Assembly (NCBI GenBank): GCA_021432655.1
Contig: MU271200.1
Span: 52,159-116,158, forward strand
Direction: 5' to 3'
DNA from: Atractiella rhizophila
Lineage: Eukaryota
DNA length: 64,000 nt
Below are positions 25,199 through 38,891 of this stretch, piece after piece (the first letter of the stretch is position 1; each line of letters starts with the position of its first letter). The translations under genes were made by a program, and so were the position numbers. The notes beneath the pieces were generated by a model, which did not search any database, was not told the origin of the DNA, and was given only the letters and a program-made list of their open reading frames with translations.

Positions 25199-26503
25199 TC
25201 AAGCGTCCAAAAGGCCTTTGAGGATCTCACAAACGGCGTCCCCTACCTCCTTCGTCCCAGCCCCACCACCCAAATCCTTTGTCCTCAGCTCTTTCCCTCC
25301 AAGGCTCTTCTCATCCAACACCTTCCTAACCGCCTCCTCCACCGCCTTCGCCTCCTCCTCCAGGCCCAAAGAATACTTCAACAGCATCCCCACGCTCAAT
25401 ATCGTCCCGATCGGATTCGCGACCCCCGATCCAGCGATATCCGGCGCTGAACCGTGAATCGGTTCGTAGAGACCGGGAGAGAGGGAGGTGGGAGATGGGA
25501 TCCGGGAGAGGGAGGCGGAGGGGAGAAGGCCCAGGGAGCCGGGGATGACGGAAGTCTCGTCGGAGAGGATGTCGCCGAATAGATTCTCAGCTGTTACGAC
25601 ATTAAGCGGTGAGGTGAGCGTGGCAGAAGGAGAAGGAGGAACTCACTCAGTATGACTCCGTTCAGCTTCCTCGGAGAGGCGACGATGAGCATGGAAGCCG
25701 AATCTACGAGTTGGTGGTTGAGGGTCAGGTTGGGGAATTCTTCCTTGAACACCTGCGTCACCGTCTTCCTCCACAACCTGCTAGTAGCGAGCACATTCGC
25801 CTTATCGACGCTATGAACGGCCAATGGGGGGTCTTGTTGAGTGGCGAGCCAACCAGCGAGCCTAGCTATCCTCCTGACCTCTCCAACCGAATACGAGCAT
25901 TCGTCCCTCGCCGTTCCCTTCTCCTCCTCCTCGCTCGTCCCAAACGAACCCTGATATTCGACGCGATCCCCGAAATAGATCCCTCCGATCAACTCGCGCA
26001 AAACGACAATGTTCGTCCCGCTCACCAACGACTCTTTGATCGGAGAGAGCGGGACGAGGGATTGAGAGGGGAAGAGGGCGGGTCGGATGTTGGCGAAGAG
26101 TCCAAGCTCCTTTCGCAACTTGAGAAGACCGGGTTCGGGACGGATGGGCGCCTCTGGTCCCCACTTTGGACCTCCAACCGCGCCTGTTCCATCGATCGAC
26201 GTCGAAACGATCAATCGTCAGCTCAGCTCAACGAGAGGGAGAGTGGGAGGAGCACGAACCGAGTAAGATCGCATCTGCCTCCCTGCAAACTCGCAGTGTT
26301 TCATCCGGCAAAGGAGTGCCGACTTCGTCGATGGCGCATCCACCGAAAGGACATACTTCTAGAGATATCTCGTATTTGCCTTTCGACTGTGCGAGGGAGG
26401 AAATGAGTCGCAACACCTTGACTGCCTCGTCGACCACTTCCGGTCCTATTCCGTCCCCTGGGAGCACGGCGATCGTATATTTGGTCTTGAGCGGCGCTGT
26501 CAT
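25199..26503 (-). CDS. LEU2: 3-isopropylmalate dehydrogenase
   Basis: [59 protein letters not shown] and [13 protein letters not shown]. Two introns. Confidence 0.97.
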
Positions 26504-26597
26504 TATCTTGAATCTCTGCTTTTCGATTTGTTCGCTGATGTCACGGTGCTGCCTTTGGAGCCCTCTGATGCAAGAGTCCCGGTTCTCTCACTTTTTC

Positions 26598-26604
26598 TGA
26601 GTCA
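26598..26604. promoter_or_regulatory. Gcn4/CPC1-type site TGAGTCA upstream of LEU2
   Basis: Core consensus about 95 bp upstream of an amino-acid biosynthetic gene. Confidence 0.55.
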
Positions 26605-27357
26605 AGGCTCAATGTCCCAAAGGGGGTTGACACTTTGAAATTGATGGGGAAGAAAGCGTCTATTGACCGTCCTGGAGGGAGAAAAGGGCAAATCCTTGCA
26701 AAACATCGCGGTGCCCAGAGAAGAGTGTGAGCGTCCGTTCAATAACTTCAGCGGTGTCGATCCTTATGGGCATACCCAGCACCACCGTGAAGTTGTGATT
26801 GGGGTTCGGGGAAGGGAAGGGAACTTACAGATCTTGTCTGTACTCTTTCAAGGTATATATAAAGGTCTGATATACCTCTGGCTGGCTGTCCAAGGAGGCC
26901 TCTTGTACGGGAATAAGTACTGGAGGACATCGTCAACCGTCAAAGTCTGCACAATCCTCCACGAGAGCATTGTCCATCTTGGGTTCCATGTCCTTCTACG
27001 GTCGCTTGCCTTTCCGTAGACGTGCGTGTGAACTAGGGGCAGGGCTTCCGAATTGCAGACAGCCTGAGGTATAAGAACGGTCAACAAATGTACACCTCCA
27101 ACATGCTGCAGTGGCTTGAACTTGAGAGAACAAGGGCATCTATACACATACACGCGTGAGTCGAGCGTGAAGTATGCCACCTTCCCGTTTAAGTATTGTA
27201 CCTGAATAAAAAAGCGACATAGCTGCATGCCAGTATATATTTCGACTTGTGCAAGTTTTCGGGAAGACATCAAACTCACGTGAACTTCGGTAGATGTGAA
27301 GAATGATCGAATGTTTGCAGAACGCCGTGTGCGAAAAATTTCAGCATCCACCTCAGC

Positions 27358-29178
27358 ATGTCCACGCTCCACCTCACACGCATCGCCCTCCGTCGTACCG
27401 TCTTCCCATCCACCCTCCCGCGGCCGCGTCCGCTCCCTCGCTTCCTCTCCGTCCCTCCCTCCCCCGCCTCTCCCTCCCAGCCACCGCAACACCCACCCAC
27501 GCCTAAACCCCATGACGAGTCCACCACGGCACCAGTCGAAGCCGCGCCATCCCTCGCGTCACAGTATCTGGACATGACGGAGGCTCCCCCTCCGCCGCCG
27601 GAGCAGGAGCGGCGGCGTGGACGGGGAGGGAAGAGGAGCATGTCGTCCATCGACAAGAAGAAGCGGAACGCGGCGAGGTGGAGCACCGGCATCTTCGCTT
27701 TTGGAGCCGCGGTATGGCTGTGGTGGGCGGGAAGAGAGTGGGAGACGGCGAGGGAGAAGGAGGAGCATAAAGACGTGAGTCTTTGCTTCGTGTCTTAGTG
27801 TGCTCCGTTCTTGTGGGGAGGATGGGATGGTGCAGAGCTGATTGGAGTTGCTACGATGTGTATTCGAATCGGGTAGAGGCTCGGTATCGACGTAGCATGG
27901 CTAGGATCTCGGATGCGTTGGATTACTTCAACAAACCGGCATATGAGCCGCTCCTGCCTTCACTCGAAGGAGTGCCGATAGAATACACCAGGCCTTACAC
28001 CCTCCTCATCGAGCTCGACGGCGTCCTGACCGGCACAAAGTGGACGGTGCGTTTCCTCCAGCTTATCTTTTGGTCGCGTCCAGTGAAGCTCATTGATTTG
28101 CAGAGAGAACATGGCTGGCGGACCGCGAAACGCCCTGGCGTCGAAGAGTTCCTCAACTACCTGTCACAGTTTTACGAGATCGTGGTCTTCACCACCATGC
28201 CTCACTTTGTTCGTCCTCCCATCTCTTCCTCATTGCGGCAAAAAACAGTAATGGAAAACGTATGAGAACAGGTCGCAGAACCGATCACCCACCAACTCGA
28301 CAAATTCAACCGCTACATCATGTTCGCCATCTACCGGGACGGGACCCGCCAAGTAGGACCTACACTGGTCAAAGACCTCTCCTATCTCGGACGGGATCTA
28401 TCCAAAGTGATCTTGATCGACTCGAACCCCGACGTCCTCAAACTCCAACCACACAACGGCCTCATCCTCCCCAAGTGGTCCCCCGGCGACCGAACGCACG
28501 ACGGAGACCTCGTCCGACTCATCCCTTTCCTTGATGCGCTGGCTATCCTGGGAGTGGAGGATGTGAGGACTGTGATTAAGGATTATGAGGGGAAGGATGT
28601 GGCGACGGAGTGGGAGAAGGTCGAGGAGCGGATGAGAGAGAGGGCGAGGGAGATTTACGGACGCAAAACTGGGTCGGAGGGGTCAAAGTCTGGTTGGGAT
28701 TTTGCGGGCATGTTGGGTTTGAGACCGGTGGTCAGTCCTCCTCAATCTCTATCTAGTGTCCTTGATGATGGGAAGACCAATGACTGATGGTGGGATGGGA
28801 TAGGTGAAGAAGGAAGAGCCGAAGAGCTTCTTGGATATTCAGAGGGAGAGAGCGAAGGAGATGTACAAGCTCAACAATGAGGAGTTTGAGAAACAACGTC
28901 CGTTGGCTGAGAAGCAGCAGGAGGAGTGGGTAAAGATGCAAGCCGAGCAGTGCGTTTCTCCCGTCCCATCCCCCACCCTCCACCCTCTTTCCGCGCCAGC
29001 TTCAGAAGGGACTCTTTGAGCTAATGTGTACCGTTTTCGTGTGGATAGGAGCAAATCTTCGCTCTGGGGCTTCCTCTCCGGACAGGCGTATAAGGACCAA
29101 ATCGAGCTCCAACAGAAGATGATGGAGGAGCAGAGGAAGGCGATGGAGGCCCAACAGGCTCAACAGGCCCAACGATGA
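27358..29178 (+). CDS. TIM50: Mitochondrial import inner membrane translocase subunit Tim50
   Basis: Presequence-like N-terminus and one TM segment. RPYTLLIELD, GWRTAKRPGVEEFLNYLSQFYEIVVFT and VKDLSYLGRDLSKVILID. The first intron acceptor is ambiguous. Confidence 0.93.
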
Positions 29179-29979
29179 GATTGTTTGCAGTGATCTAGAA
29201 GAGTTGGATATGCTTGATGGATGGGATAGGATAAGGAGGAGTGCAGTGCAGAAGTTAATACCGCGACGATTTGTTAGATAAGTTATTTACATCTACCTAG
29301 TACGCACAAAATGTACAAACGCTTTTCTGCAGGATTATGATGCATGAGATTGCCGGAAGTTTTGAACTGAGAATAATATCACTGCAAGGCGAAAGTAAAT
29401 CTGTGTCAAGAGCTCAAACGACACTATCACCACCGAGCGATGTCCCCATCTTGCCTTGCGTTATCATGCTATATCATTTTCATCTCCTCCGTGCCTCAAG
29501 ACTGGAAAGAGAGGAATTGCAACAGCTTAAGATAGCAGTGGATCGTGCGAGAAAAGATTGAAGGTGCCAATCAAAGTGAGTGACTACCAATCAATGTTGT
29601 AAAGAACGCGTTTTGGTGCAGTTTAGTTGGCCTTGCATGATGAAAGCTATGAAACATGCGTGAAGGTTTGCTATGTTACCGTTTCCTGATGAGATTGGTC
29701 AGTTCCAAGCCAGACTCTGGCGTATCTCTGACCCTTATTATAATGTTACTTCTACGCGAGTCTGTTATACAACGAACATCAAGGAGATAGAACAGCAGTT
29801 TCCCCAAAATCTACTGATTTGGTATTTGATTTGGTATTTGGTTGGACTGATGTTTGCTATCACGGTTCAAGACAATCTTGGTGACTGGTCAATGACATGC
29901 TGATGCACCTATGTTGACCCGTGGGACTAGACGACTGTTCAGAACCATTCAAGTTAAAAGCTTGACAAGAACTCATACC

Positions 29980-30392
29980 TCATTTCAAGGGTTCCTCAAA
30001 CCTTGCTATCGTATCCCTCACCCATCCGCTAGACAAAATCTTCTGCGTGCCCTCTCCCTCCGTATGTCTGATAAAATCCGCCTTCGATGCGTAGCGTTCG
30101 AAGAAATGGAATATCGTTCTGTCCTTGGTGTTCCTCGCCAAACAGTAGTAGATAATACCGGGTTCAGTTTGTGCGGTCCTCGTCATCTCGCGATAGAGAG
30201 CTTCGAGGGCGTCAGCGTGCTCTGGATACGCGTGTACCTGTGGAGAAATTGGTGAGATATACGTTGTTTGCTTTCGGGGAAGTGAAGAAGAGAGACCTCT
30301 CCGTACACCACAAATTCCCCTTCCGGGATCCTCCCAAAACGCTCTGCATCAAAAGCATCCACAGTGATTTTATTCTGTTCTTTATTTTCCAT
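29980..30392 (-). CDS. ABM-domain (putative quinol monooxygenase-like) small protein
   Basis: EPGIIYYCLAR...FHFFERYASKADFIRH. One intron. Confidence 0.75.
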
Positions 30393-30843
30393 GTTTGACA
30401 CCACGCCTTATCCCGCCTTATGCTACTTAAAGGGAGGACAGTCACCTCGAGTCACGCCGCACGCGATGTTCACTCCGCCACAGCTGAGTGTACAGTATTG
30501 CTCCAGTGTTTTCGGCTGAAGAGTCGTATAAGAACACATTTTGTTTCCAATTTTAATAATATGTGCATTGGGGACTGTTGCACAACTACCTGCGTGCATA
30601 CATGCAATATCTCCGAAGTACCTGCAGCCTCCCTCTATGAATCCAGGGAGATCGAGGACTGTGCGGTCCTCCAGCCAGCATGAGGTCAGGAGTTGCGGAA
30701 CCGTGTTCCTTGAACTGCGAGGTGCGAAGGCGGTTCATGGACGCGGTAAGACTACTATCGAAGAAGAAGAGGAAGTGCAGGAAGAAGTATTGACACGGTG
30801 TTTGGAAGCGTGTTGGATCCTCTGGAGGAAATGGGAGGCCTTC

Positions 30844-33145
30844 CTATGACTCCGATTCATATGCAATGAGGGCTGATATCGTGGTAGAAAAGTCGTGAAT
30901 GGTTGGAGAAGGTGGTTGGGGTCCCATTGTTCCAATTGAATGGACGGTTGAAACCGATATCGTAGGGCTGTACAAAACTTCAACTGACAGAGATGATAGC
31001 GCATCGGCCTCAAAGGCTGTAACATGATCCGCGGTATCCTTCTGGAAAAAGGATAAATGCTTCAATATCTTCATGCTGCTACGATTCACAATTTGTGGGT
31101 TAGAGCAGACGCCACGAGAGGAGAGGAGTACTCACCGCCAGATCAATGGGTGCCGGTCAGGGAAGCGGGCAAAACATGGTACAAGAGAATGATAGCTGAA
31201 AAAACAGTCAAACAAAGCATGGACCTTGCCACTAAACTTTTCGGTTAAGAGAGATTGTGGAGTTGTTGTGTATCGGCTTAGCAGAATATTTAGCAGGTCA
31301 AAAATTAAATGAACTTGTTGATCGCAGGCGAGCATCCACTCTTGAAACATGGTTCGAAAAGGTTCCTTTTCCGGGAATAAGTCTTGACACCTTGAGAGTA
31401 ACGATGCTGTGGAGAAAACAATCTTGGATTCACGACACTGGACGAAAACAGAGACGGTAAAGTTTTCATCTCCACATGCATGTCGGAACAATGGATACTC
31501 GCGATTATGAACATCTTCTTGCGGTCGAGAGATGAGTTGGAAGTATCGTTCTCTGAAATGTCGAAAATTTCTGCAGAGTTGCATAATCTCGCTACAATGC
31601 GACTGAGCCTCTTCCGCGGTTAAAGACCGCAGTTCAATTTTATTCCCTGAAAACCATTAGACTCGATTCAGTGCTCGCGGATGGATACACTACAGATGCA
31701 AGATATGTGCCGCTTCAAAGACCACTGTAACATGTCGTAATTTGAGCCCGTCAGGAATGCGTCCGCGTTTTTCATCAGTCTTGCTTCATGGAGGTAAAAG
31801 TATGACGGGTCGATGTATAGAGACGGGTCTATCTTTGCGTCTCGAAGGACGTTACTCATTTCGCGATTGGTTCTGTACGTGTTCACCGATTAGCCTTATT
31901 ACTATAAAATGGTTCGACTCGCAGTATGGGCACTCCTACGATATCTGATTGAATGGCAACATCGCAAATCTACCTTCGAAATCAGCGTGCTCCATGTGAA
32001 ACGACAGGGAACCCACACATAAATGCTAAAGAAGTGACTTAAAAGCCCATTTTGATCGTCTTCCGTCTTCCTGTTGTTCCAAAGCTTTCTAAATACATCC
32101 CATGCTACTCCAAGCAAAACCTTAGACATTGCAGGCTGTAAACGCCTCGCATATATCAATATGGTCATGATTATAGCTAGAGAATTGTGATCCGAACGTT
32201 GGATCAAAGGAGACTGTGGAGAGATGACGAGGGTAATGCATCGATAAAGCAGGCGCATCAAAACATTATGGCGAGCATAGCCTTGTGGTCGTAGGTCTAA
32301 TAGCTCATCTGAGAGTGTCTGTTGTGGTACGGATGGAAGACTGTCGTTTCCAAGTATCGCCTTTATACGTATTAGATGGGCAGAATAATGGAAAGGAACC
32401 CGCCTACGGAATGGTGCGTCCATCTCACTCCAAGGACCAAAGCGTATGACATCCAAATCTAAATGTCCGTCGCTTCAGCAAACTGAAAGGGGAGACCATG
32501 GGACTCGCCTCGACTAAGTCTGAAAGCTCTTTCAAGTGGTCTGCCTCCTTGAATTCCTGATATGATGTGTACGATGAAGGTAGGACGTAGGATGTGGCAC
32601 CTCGCAGAATGACAGTTGCATAATCAATCCCTACTGCTTCATGCCTAAGTTTACACCTCAACACCCGAAATCGGCTTACGAGACAAAAGATGGTCCCCCA
32701 AGCTTAATGAGAGCTGATGTCGGCACAATCGCGAGTCGAGAGAGGAATCAGTGACCTGAACCGAGGGAGAAGTGGGGCGCTCTTGCTTCTTCTTTACGGA
32801 AACTAGCTTCTCTGTGGTGACCTTAGTTGGCTTCCGCCTCTCACTCTTGCGAATCTTCGAGATGTCAGCGTACAAGTCTTTCGATGAACTGTAAGGAGTT
32901 TCTGACAGTTGCTGCAAGTCCCATCTATCATAGAACAAGTCAGAGTAAACTGTTAATGTTACAAAACAGACGAACCTTCCGCGTACTGACTCAATGTTCA
33001 GATGATGTCGCGTTTGTTTGGAGGCTTTCCTCGTAAAGGAGCAGATGCTTCCTTCTTTTGCGCAAAGAACACACGGCTCCCCTTGGGCTGAGGGGAGACA
33101 GGGCTTTTGTCGTGAGGCGCAAGCCGAACAACTTGTGGACATCAT
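30844..33145 (-). CDS. Zn2Cys6 transcription-factor-like protein (multi-exon)
   Basis: CSAC-x6-C-x8-CVLC-x6-C at the N-terminus. The body is colinear with the gene at 49311. Confidence 0.75.
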
Positions 33146-33929
33146 CGCATATACGATGTATGAAACGTGATGGACCACAACGAGCGAGTTGATAGGACGA
33201 CAGCAGCAGAAGCTGCTAGAGAATCGGTAGAAGCGCAACGTAATGTCGCACGAACCAACTTGAACTTGAAAGAGGAGTTGACTGGAGACAACTCTTGAGG
33301 GTCTCACCGTTCAAGCTCTCGGTTATAACTACTTGAGAACCATAGTGAGCCAGCGATTGGAGCAAGCTTTGAGCACGTTAAGGTAAATTGAATACCGGTT
33401 GCGGTTCGGAATTGTCGGCTCAGCTAATGAAGGCAATGAAGGAGAGGCTTTCATCGCTTTCATCATACGAAAAGGGCGACACCGAGTTGAATTTCTGAAT
33501 GAGTCTGGAGGCAACGAAGTTGCTTGACGCTTTGCGTCTCGATCACAAGGTGAATAATAGGACCGAAGCTTGCTATTGAGCCGGAAGAATCTCTTAATGG
33601 GAGGATAGATCCGAGATGTGGGCGACAACAAAGAGATCCAACCAAAGCCACCATCGTTAAAAAGTAATCTTGAGATCCAATGTTGGTCAAAGGGCGGCGA
33701 CAGGTGCTAAGAGGCGCGAAACGGAGCTCACTTCCCGTCCTTCATGGAGACGTTAAAACCTCGACAGTTCACAGTGGTGTCCCATCCCGTAACACCATCA
33801 CCCCCTTCCTTCGCAGCCAGTTGAAGGCGTTACATGTCGAGGGTTCTGCTTGGGTACTATTTGCCAGCGCATTTACGTTACATTTTTTGAATCCTTCTCT
33901 GCCTACAAATAGGCAGTCAACACTTCATT

Positions 33930-34271
33930 ATGAATTCCTTCAGTCCTCACCTTCTCGAATATCGCCTCACCCATCCTCGGACGCTCTCAACCATCGCGGA
34001 GTCCGTCGACGGCAACCATCCTCCTAGAATGAGTGTCGAACAGTCCTCGGCTTCCAGCCACGATAGCAACTCCTACCTTCCCTCTGAAACCAAAACAGGG
34101 GGGTACCGCGCATACCGTCGAGACTGCATGCAGGAGTTGATTCGTGTCAGATCAAACGATCTCGCTTTACCAGGTCAGGAATTGGAGAGGAGGATTTGGA
34201 AGCAGTGGAAGGAGGAGGAAGCGAGAGTCAGGGAGTGGTATGAAATGTTTTGTGCCGCTAATAATCAGTGA
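33930..34271 (+). CDS. Small hypothetical protein (3' end uncertain)
   Basis: 113-aa ATG-started ORF with a charged helical C-terminal half (ELERRIWKQWKEEE). No family recognised. Confidence 0.3.
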   Translation: MNSFSPHLLEYRLTHPRTLSTIAESVDGNHPPRMSVEQSSASSHDSNSYLPSETKTGGYRAYRRDCMQELIRVRSNDLALPGQELERRIWKQWKEEEARVREWYEMFCAANNQ

Positions 34272-34909
34272 CCGACGGTAGGTTTTTACTCCTTACCTTG
34301 AAGAGAGTGCTTGTTTGACGAGTACAGCTGGAATAGGGAGCGGAGCTCACACAGATACTTGGTTACATATTCAGGTGACTGTTGTTTTGGAATATTGGAT
34401 CGTGCCAGAAGTCTCAAGAAGTCTCAGACGTCACATCAATAATTGTGCTGCCATAGTAGTAACCGGTTACCAATTCAAATCAAAAGTGTTGTTTCTCAAC
34501 AATCTCTTCAGTTGAATATTAATCTCTTTCACATACATCGGCAATATAGGGCGCGATATCGTAGTTCAAGTTCCTGGGCTGACTAGTCTATGCCACAATC
34601 AAGTTGCGACAAGGTGTGGGGGAGTAAATAAAGAAAAGCAACTCGATGAGGATAGAAGCAGCCTTACGAGGAGATCGTGCAACAACTTGAATATTGCTAA
34701 CTAGTAGTACTTGATGTCGAAATCCAAAAGTCAACTCCAACTAATATGCAAAGAATCCAACATAAAAAGAGGACTAATATCGGGATATTTATTCACATTT
34801 AAACTGTTTAGCAGTAAAAAAAATATAGAGAACGAAGGCTTTCCACAACACAAATCCAAAAAGGTGCCACAAAATGCTCTCTAAACCAACCAAGGGTCTA
34901 TAATTCCGA

Positions 34910-37509
34910 TCAATGCGTAGGAAGAATATGAGCCTCCAGGGTTCTGTTCGGCCACAAATGATTAAGGATCGTGAGAGCCACAAATATGGCAACTGTTCTC
35001 GCTCTCAGATCCGTCTTCACACTTCTCCAGCATTTTTCCAGCCATCCACGTCCGCGACCGAGTCCCTCCGCCGTCCCTACCTCCAACTCCAGCTTCTCTG
35101 TCGCCATGCCCGTAGTCGGCAAAACATTCGGCTCAGCGGTACCACCCTTCCATTCCTCGCACAAAAAGTCGGTGAGCCTCCCAGTTGCCTTGGCCACCTT
35201 CTCCGAAACCCAAACGAAGACGAGGGAAGAGAGGACAAAGTTGAGTTGGCGCCATCGGGCGTCGAGGAAGGGGAAGATTAGGAGTAAACCTTTAGTATCT
35301 CCGGCTAACCAGATGTTGAATTGAAGCATGAAAGTTTCCAATGAAATCTTCCCGAAATAGGCGAAGAGGACGCTTGTTGTTCCTCTGAGATAGGAGGTAG
35401 CGTTGCGGAGGAAGACGAAGGAAAGGATGGGGATGATGGATATGTAAGGATGATAAGCGTTGTATTCCTCTTTGCTCGTCCTCGTCAATTCGAACCAAAA
35501 ATACCACGTCATTCCCATCACACTCAAAGCCAGAGTCGCCTTCCTAATCTGTGCCCAGCTCTCCCTCTCCTTCAACTTGTACTCCTCCACTGTCACACCA
35601 AGGAACGCAACGACCATACCGGCATAAGGAGCGTAGAGATCTAGGACTGTCCGGAACTGCCATTCACGTGCTAACCAGTGGGTGGAAAAGAGTGTGGAGG
35701 ACAACGAAAAGATAGTTTCGAGGGGCGAGAGGGATGTGAACAAGGCCGTGAGTAGCAGACTGGCGAGAAGGATTTTGAAGAGTAGGAAAGGCAAGGAGGC
35801 GTTGAGGGAGGAACCGACACGCATGATGGCGAAGATGAAGAGGTAGTGCATCGATACTGTCCGACTGGTAAGATATGTGCTCTGAGAGAGGAAAAATGAG
35901 CGTACCGAGAGGTGAGAAATACAAAGACAGATAATCGGTATCCAGCACATAAACCATTCCCACCGCCAACAGATTCAGCCGCACAAGCACGCTCAAGACC
36001 CTCTTAAACTTGAACTCTTTCTTCTTATAATAAAAGGTCGCATGCCCATAACCCGTCATAAAGAGGTACGCCGCCACGAGGACTCGAACAGGATTATAGA
36101 TTCCCAATGTACCGGAGGCACCAAACCAATGATAGACGAGAATGACGATCTGCATCCACCCCTTCCATTCGTCCGTCTGTTCCCTGTTCAAGAAACCCAA
36201 GTCCTTTCCCACCTCTTTTCGCCAATGAACACCAGCCACCAACACCGCCAGCAACCAAAAGCCAACGGCGAGGCGAGAGAAGGACTTTGACTCTTTTAAG
36301 AAGAGATGTGTACGGTCGGCAGCATAGCAGTAGAGCAGGGCCGCAGCGAAGATGGAGGCGGATATCCAAAGTGCCTCCCTCTTTGATAGCTGTGAGGCTT
36401 CCGCCCCCTGAGCTCTGGAGTTGGAATGGAGGGAAGAAAGGTAGAGTAGCGCTCCGTAGCCCGAACCGACGACGAAGAGGACGATTATGATTGTCTGCCA
36501 TCCATTCGCACGTGGATATTCGCGGCAGCAAGTAGGCTCGACAGGGACCAACGGAGGGAGGAACTCATTGCACCGCAAATTGTATAGGATGTTGGCTTGC
36601 AACTTGGTCGCTTCCCCAAGTCTCAAGGGATAGTGCATCCCATCCTCCGTCTCCGCTTTCCTGCCTTCGTCAGAGAGGAGCAGGTTGAAGGCGTGTGCAA
36701 TCCCCGGAGTATTCGGAAGTGACTCGTCGAGGGTGGAGAGGTGAGAATTGAGCATGGAGATGTCGTCATTGCTGATTGTTTCTCGTCGTGATGGGTTCAG
36801 TAGATCCTCCCACACATGGAGCACGGGCATAAAGACAATTTGATCCGCGACAACGTTGGTGGAGGAGGCGGAGAACTGTTGGAAGAGAGTGGTGGTGTGT
36901 TCTTTGAAGGCTGCGATACCACCCGCCTCGAACGTGGCTGATTGGCGTAGGTACCACAGACCTGTACCAAACACTGCCAGCGTTGGGACTGAGGCAGAGG
37001 GTGGGGAGCCTGCGAGGATGTCATATGTTTTGGTGGTGTTGAGGAAGGGATCCCAGTGGAAGGTCATCCTATTGTACGTTCGTATTCAACATTAGCATTG
37101 CGGTTGGCGTCTTGTTGAAAAGTGCACACCTAATGCCCTCAGAAACCACTGTTCGATCGGAATGCTTGAACTCCTCGTCGTCGCTAACCTCCACGAATTC
37201 TGGATCCACGACTCTGGCCATTCCAAAGAAAACATCTCTGACTGTCGAATCACCGACGAACACGAGCTGTCGTCCACCGAGGCAATTCTTCACATTCCCC
37301 AGCGTCTTCGCGTTCGGATGCAAGGCATAGTCCCTTGTCATGCACCCGTGCGGCTGCCACTGCCAGCTCGGGGCTGTTTTGAGGTAGGACCCTGTCGTCA
37401 GGAGGGAGTTGCACATGTCGGGGTCATTGGGCAGTGTGAGAAAGGCGCGGAGAAGGGCGACGAGGAGGACGATGGAGGCAAGGAGCGGGTGGAGTTTGGC
37501 GGTCTCCAT
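34910..37509 (-). CDS. CAS1: Cas1p-family O-acetyltransferase
   Basis: WQPHGC, FVGDSTVR, DGMH, GFLNREQTDEWKGWMQ, RVLVAAYLFMTGYGH and GKISLETFMLQFNIWLAGD. Many TM segments and two introns. Confidence 0.92.
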
Positions 37510-38326
37510 TTCTGGCCATGAAAATGGGTGAGCTTCAACAGGTAGATATGCCTTTATGAAATTATGCTCAAGAGATGTTGGAACAAGAGATGTTGGAACA
37601 GGTTGAAAAGTCGTTGAAAGCGAGGAAGTAACTTGTCTACTGAATTGCGCGCGAAGTCGCAGAGAGGCGCATTCGCACACAGGAGGCAAAGTTCCTGAGA
37701 ATTGGAGATTAATGGAGTCCAAGGGTAGTTTGAAAGAACTAGAGATATGATCTTGAAGAAGTATACTTAAGGTACGTGGTCTAGCCTTTATGCAGCGGTC
37801 ACCTGGATGTTTCTTTCCGCGCGATATTGTCCTTCGAACAGACCTTCCATCCACACACTTGAACCTTTCATTGAATCTCTTTGGCAGCCAAGAAGGGAGA
37901 TACATTGTGATTGGGAACGATGGACCTTTTACTGATCTCCGAAGCGGGAAAGAATACTGGCGATAGACTATGCAATCTCCTGTCGTTTAAATCATCATGA
38001 AAGCTTCTTCCAAAATCAAATTCCTGAAAACGCGGCAGGGGACTAGATCTCAGCTCACATTTGAAGCAGCACATTACAAAAGAATGTCAATGGTCCTGAT
38101 AGACAAAGTCTTTTCTACCTCCTCATCAATGCGGAGGAGTCAGGAGGGCAATTTGTACGACAAATGTCGACTTGGCCAGGGAAGGAACCATGGAAATGGA
38201 CCTCCAAGACTTCCATCGCATTGAATCACATTCAGTCGCGACAAAGCAGAAATTTCAAGATACGTTGTAGTTCATTCACTGCTTTCTTTTCTTTCCCTCT
38301 TTTCCTGCTAGCACAATCATTTGTCA

Positions 38327-38891
38327 TCAAGCGGGTGGAGGATCCCTGATGAGGACCTCGATATTGTGACCTGTTCTCGTTCAGCTCGATGGTAGCCTTC
38401 GATAATAATAATGCTCACCATCCAGATCCTTAACGAAAGCGCCGTAGTAACCAGATCCATACAAAGGACGAGAAGCAGGTTTTCCTTATTACATCTTTGA
38501 GCTTGCGCGGTTCTCTTTGAGACCGATGAATGAGGAACTAACCATTATCCTCTCCCCCAGCTTTCACAGCCGCGCTGTGAAACGCATCAACGGTGCTCTT
38601 GTCCTGCCCTTTTGAAAGCGAAGTGAGCTCCTATGGATATCTTGGATGCATTTTCAGCTATCCAAAAGTCGGGTCCGCCGCCTGGTACAGCTGTTTATAG
38701 CTCTCAGCGAATGTGCATCTCTGACAGTTGAAGAAGGCGAGTAGGGTGAAGAATAACGAACCCAATCCTAACATTTTCAACTCTTCGTGGCGCACAAACA
38801 GTTTATACCCAATCGGCGCAAGAGCTTCGAGGTAGAACTTCTCGGAAGCCCTGAGATCTTTGACGTATATCAAAATGTGATCAAGTGGCAT
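38327..38891 (-). pseudogene. Glyoxalase/VOC-family gene, copy A, +1 frameshift
   Basis: Starts MPLDHILIYVKDL. It reads TTC AAAA GGG CAG (plus strand tttt at 38610-38613) where copy B has TTC AGA GGG CAG, which gives an early stop. Confidence 0.7.

Noticed and set aside
26663..27300. ORFs between LEU2 and TIM50
   Set aside because: No recognisable product. The longest is largely antisense to the GC-rich TIM50 5' end.
37570..37600. Short tandem repeat AAGAGATGTTGGAAC x2 (similar small repeats near 29806 and 41766)
   Set aside because: Ordinary slippage duplications without spacers. Not CRISPR-like.
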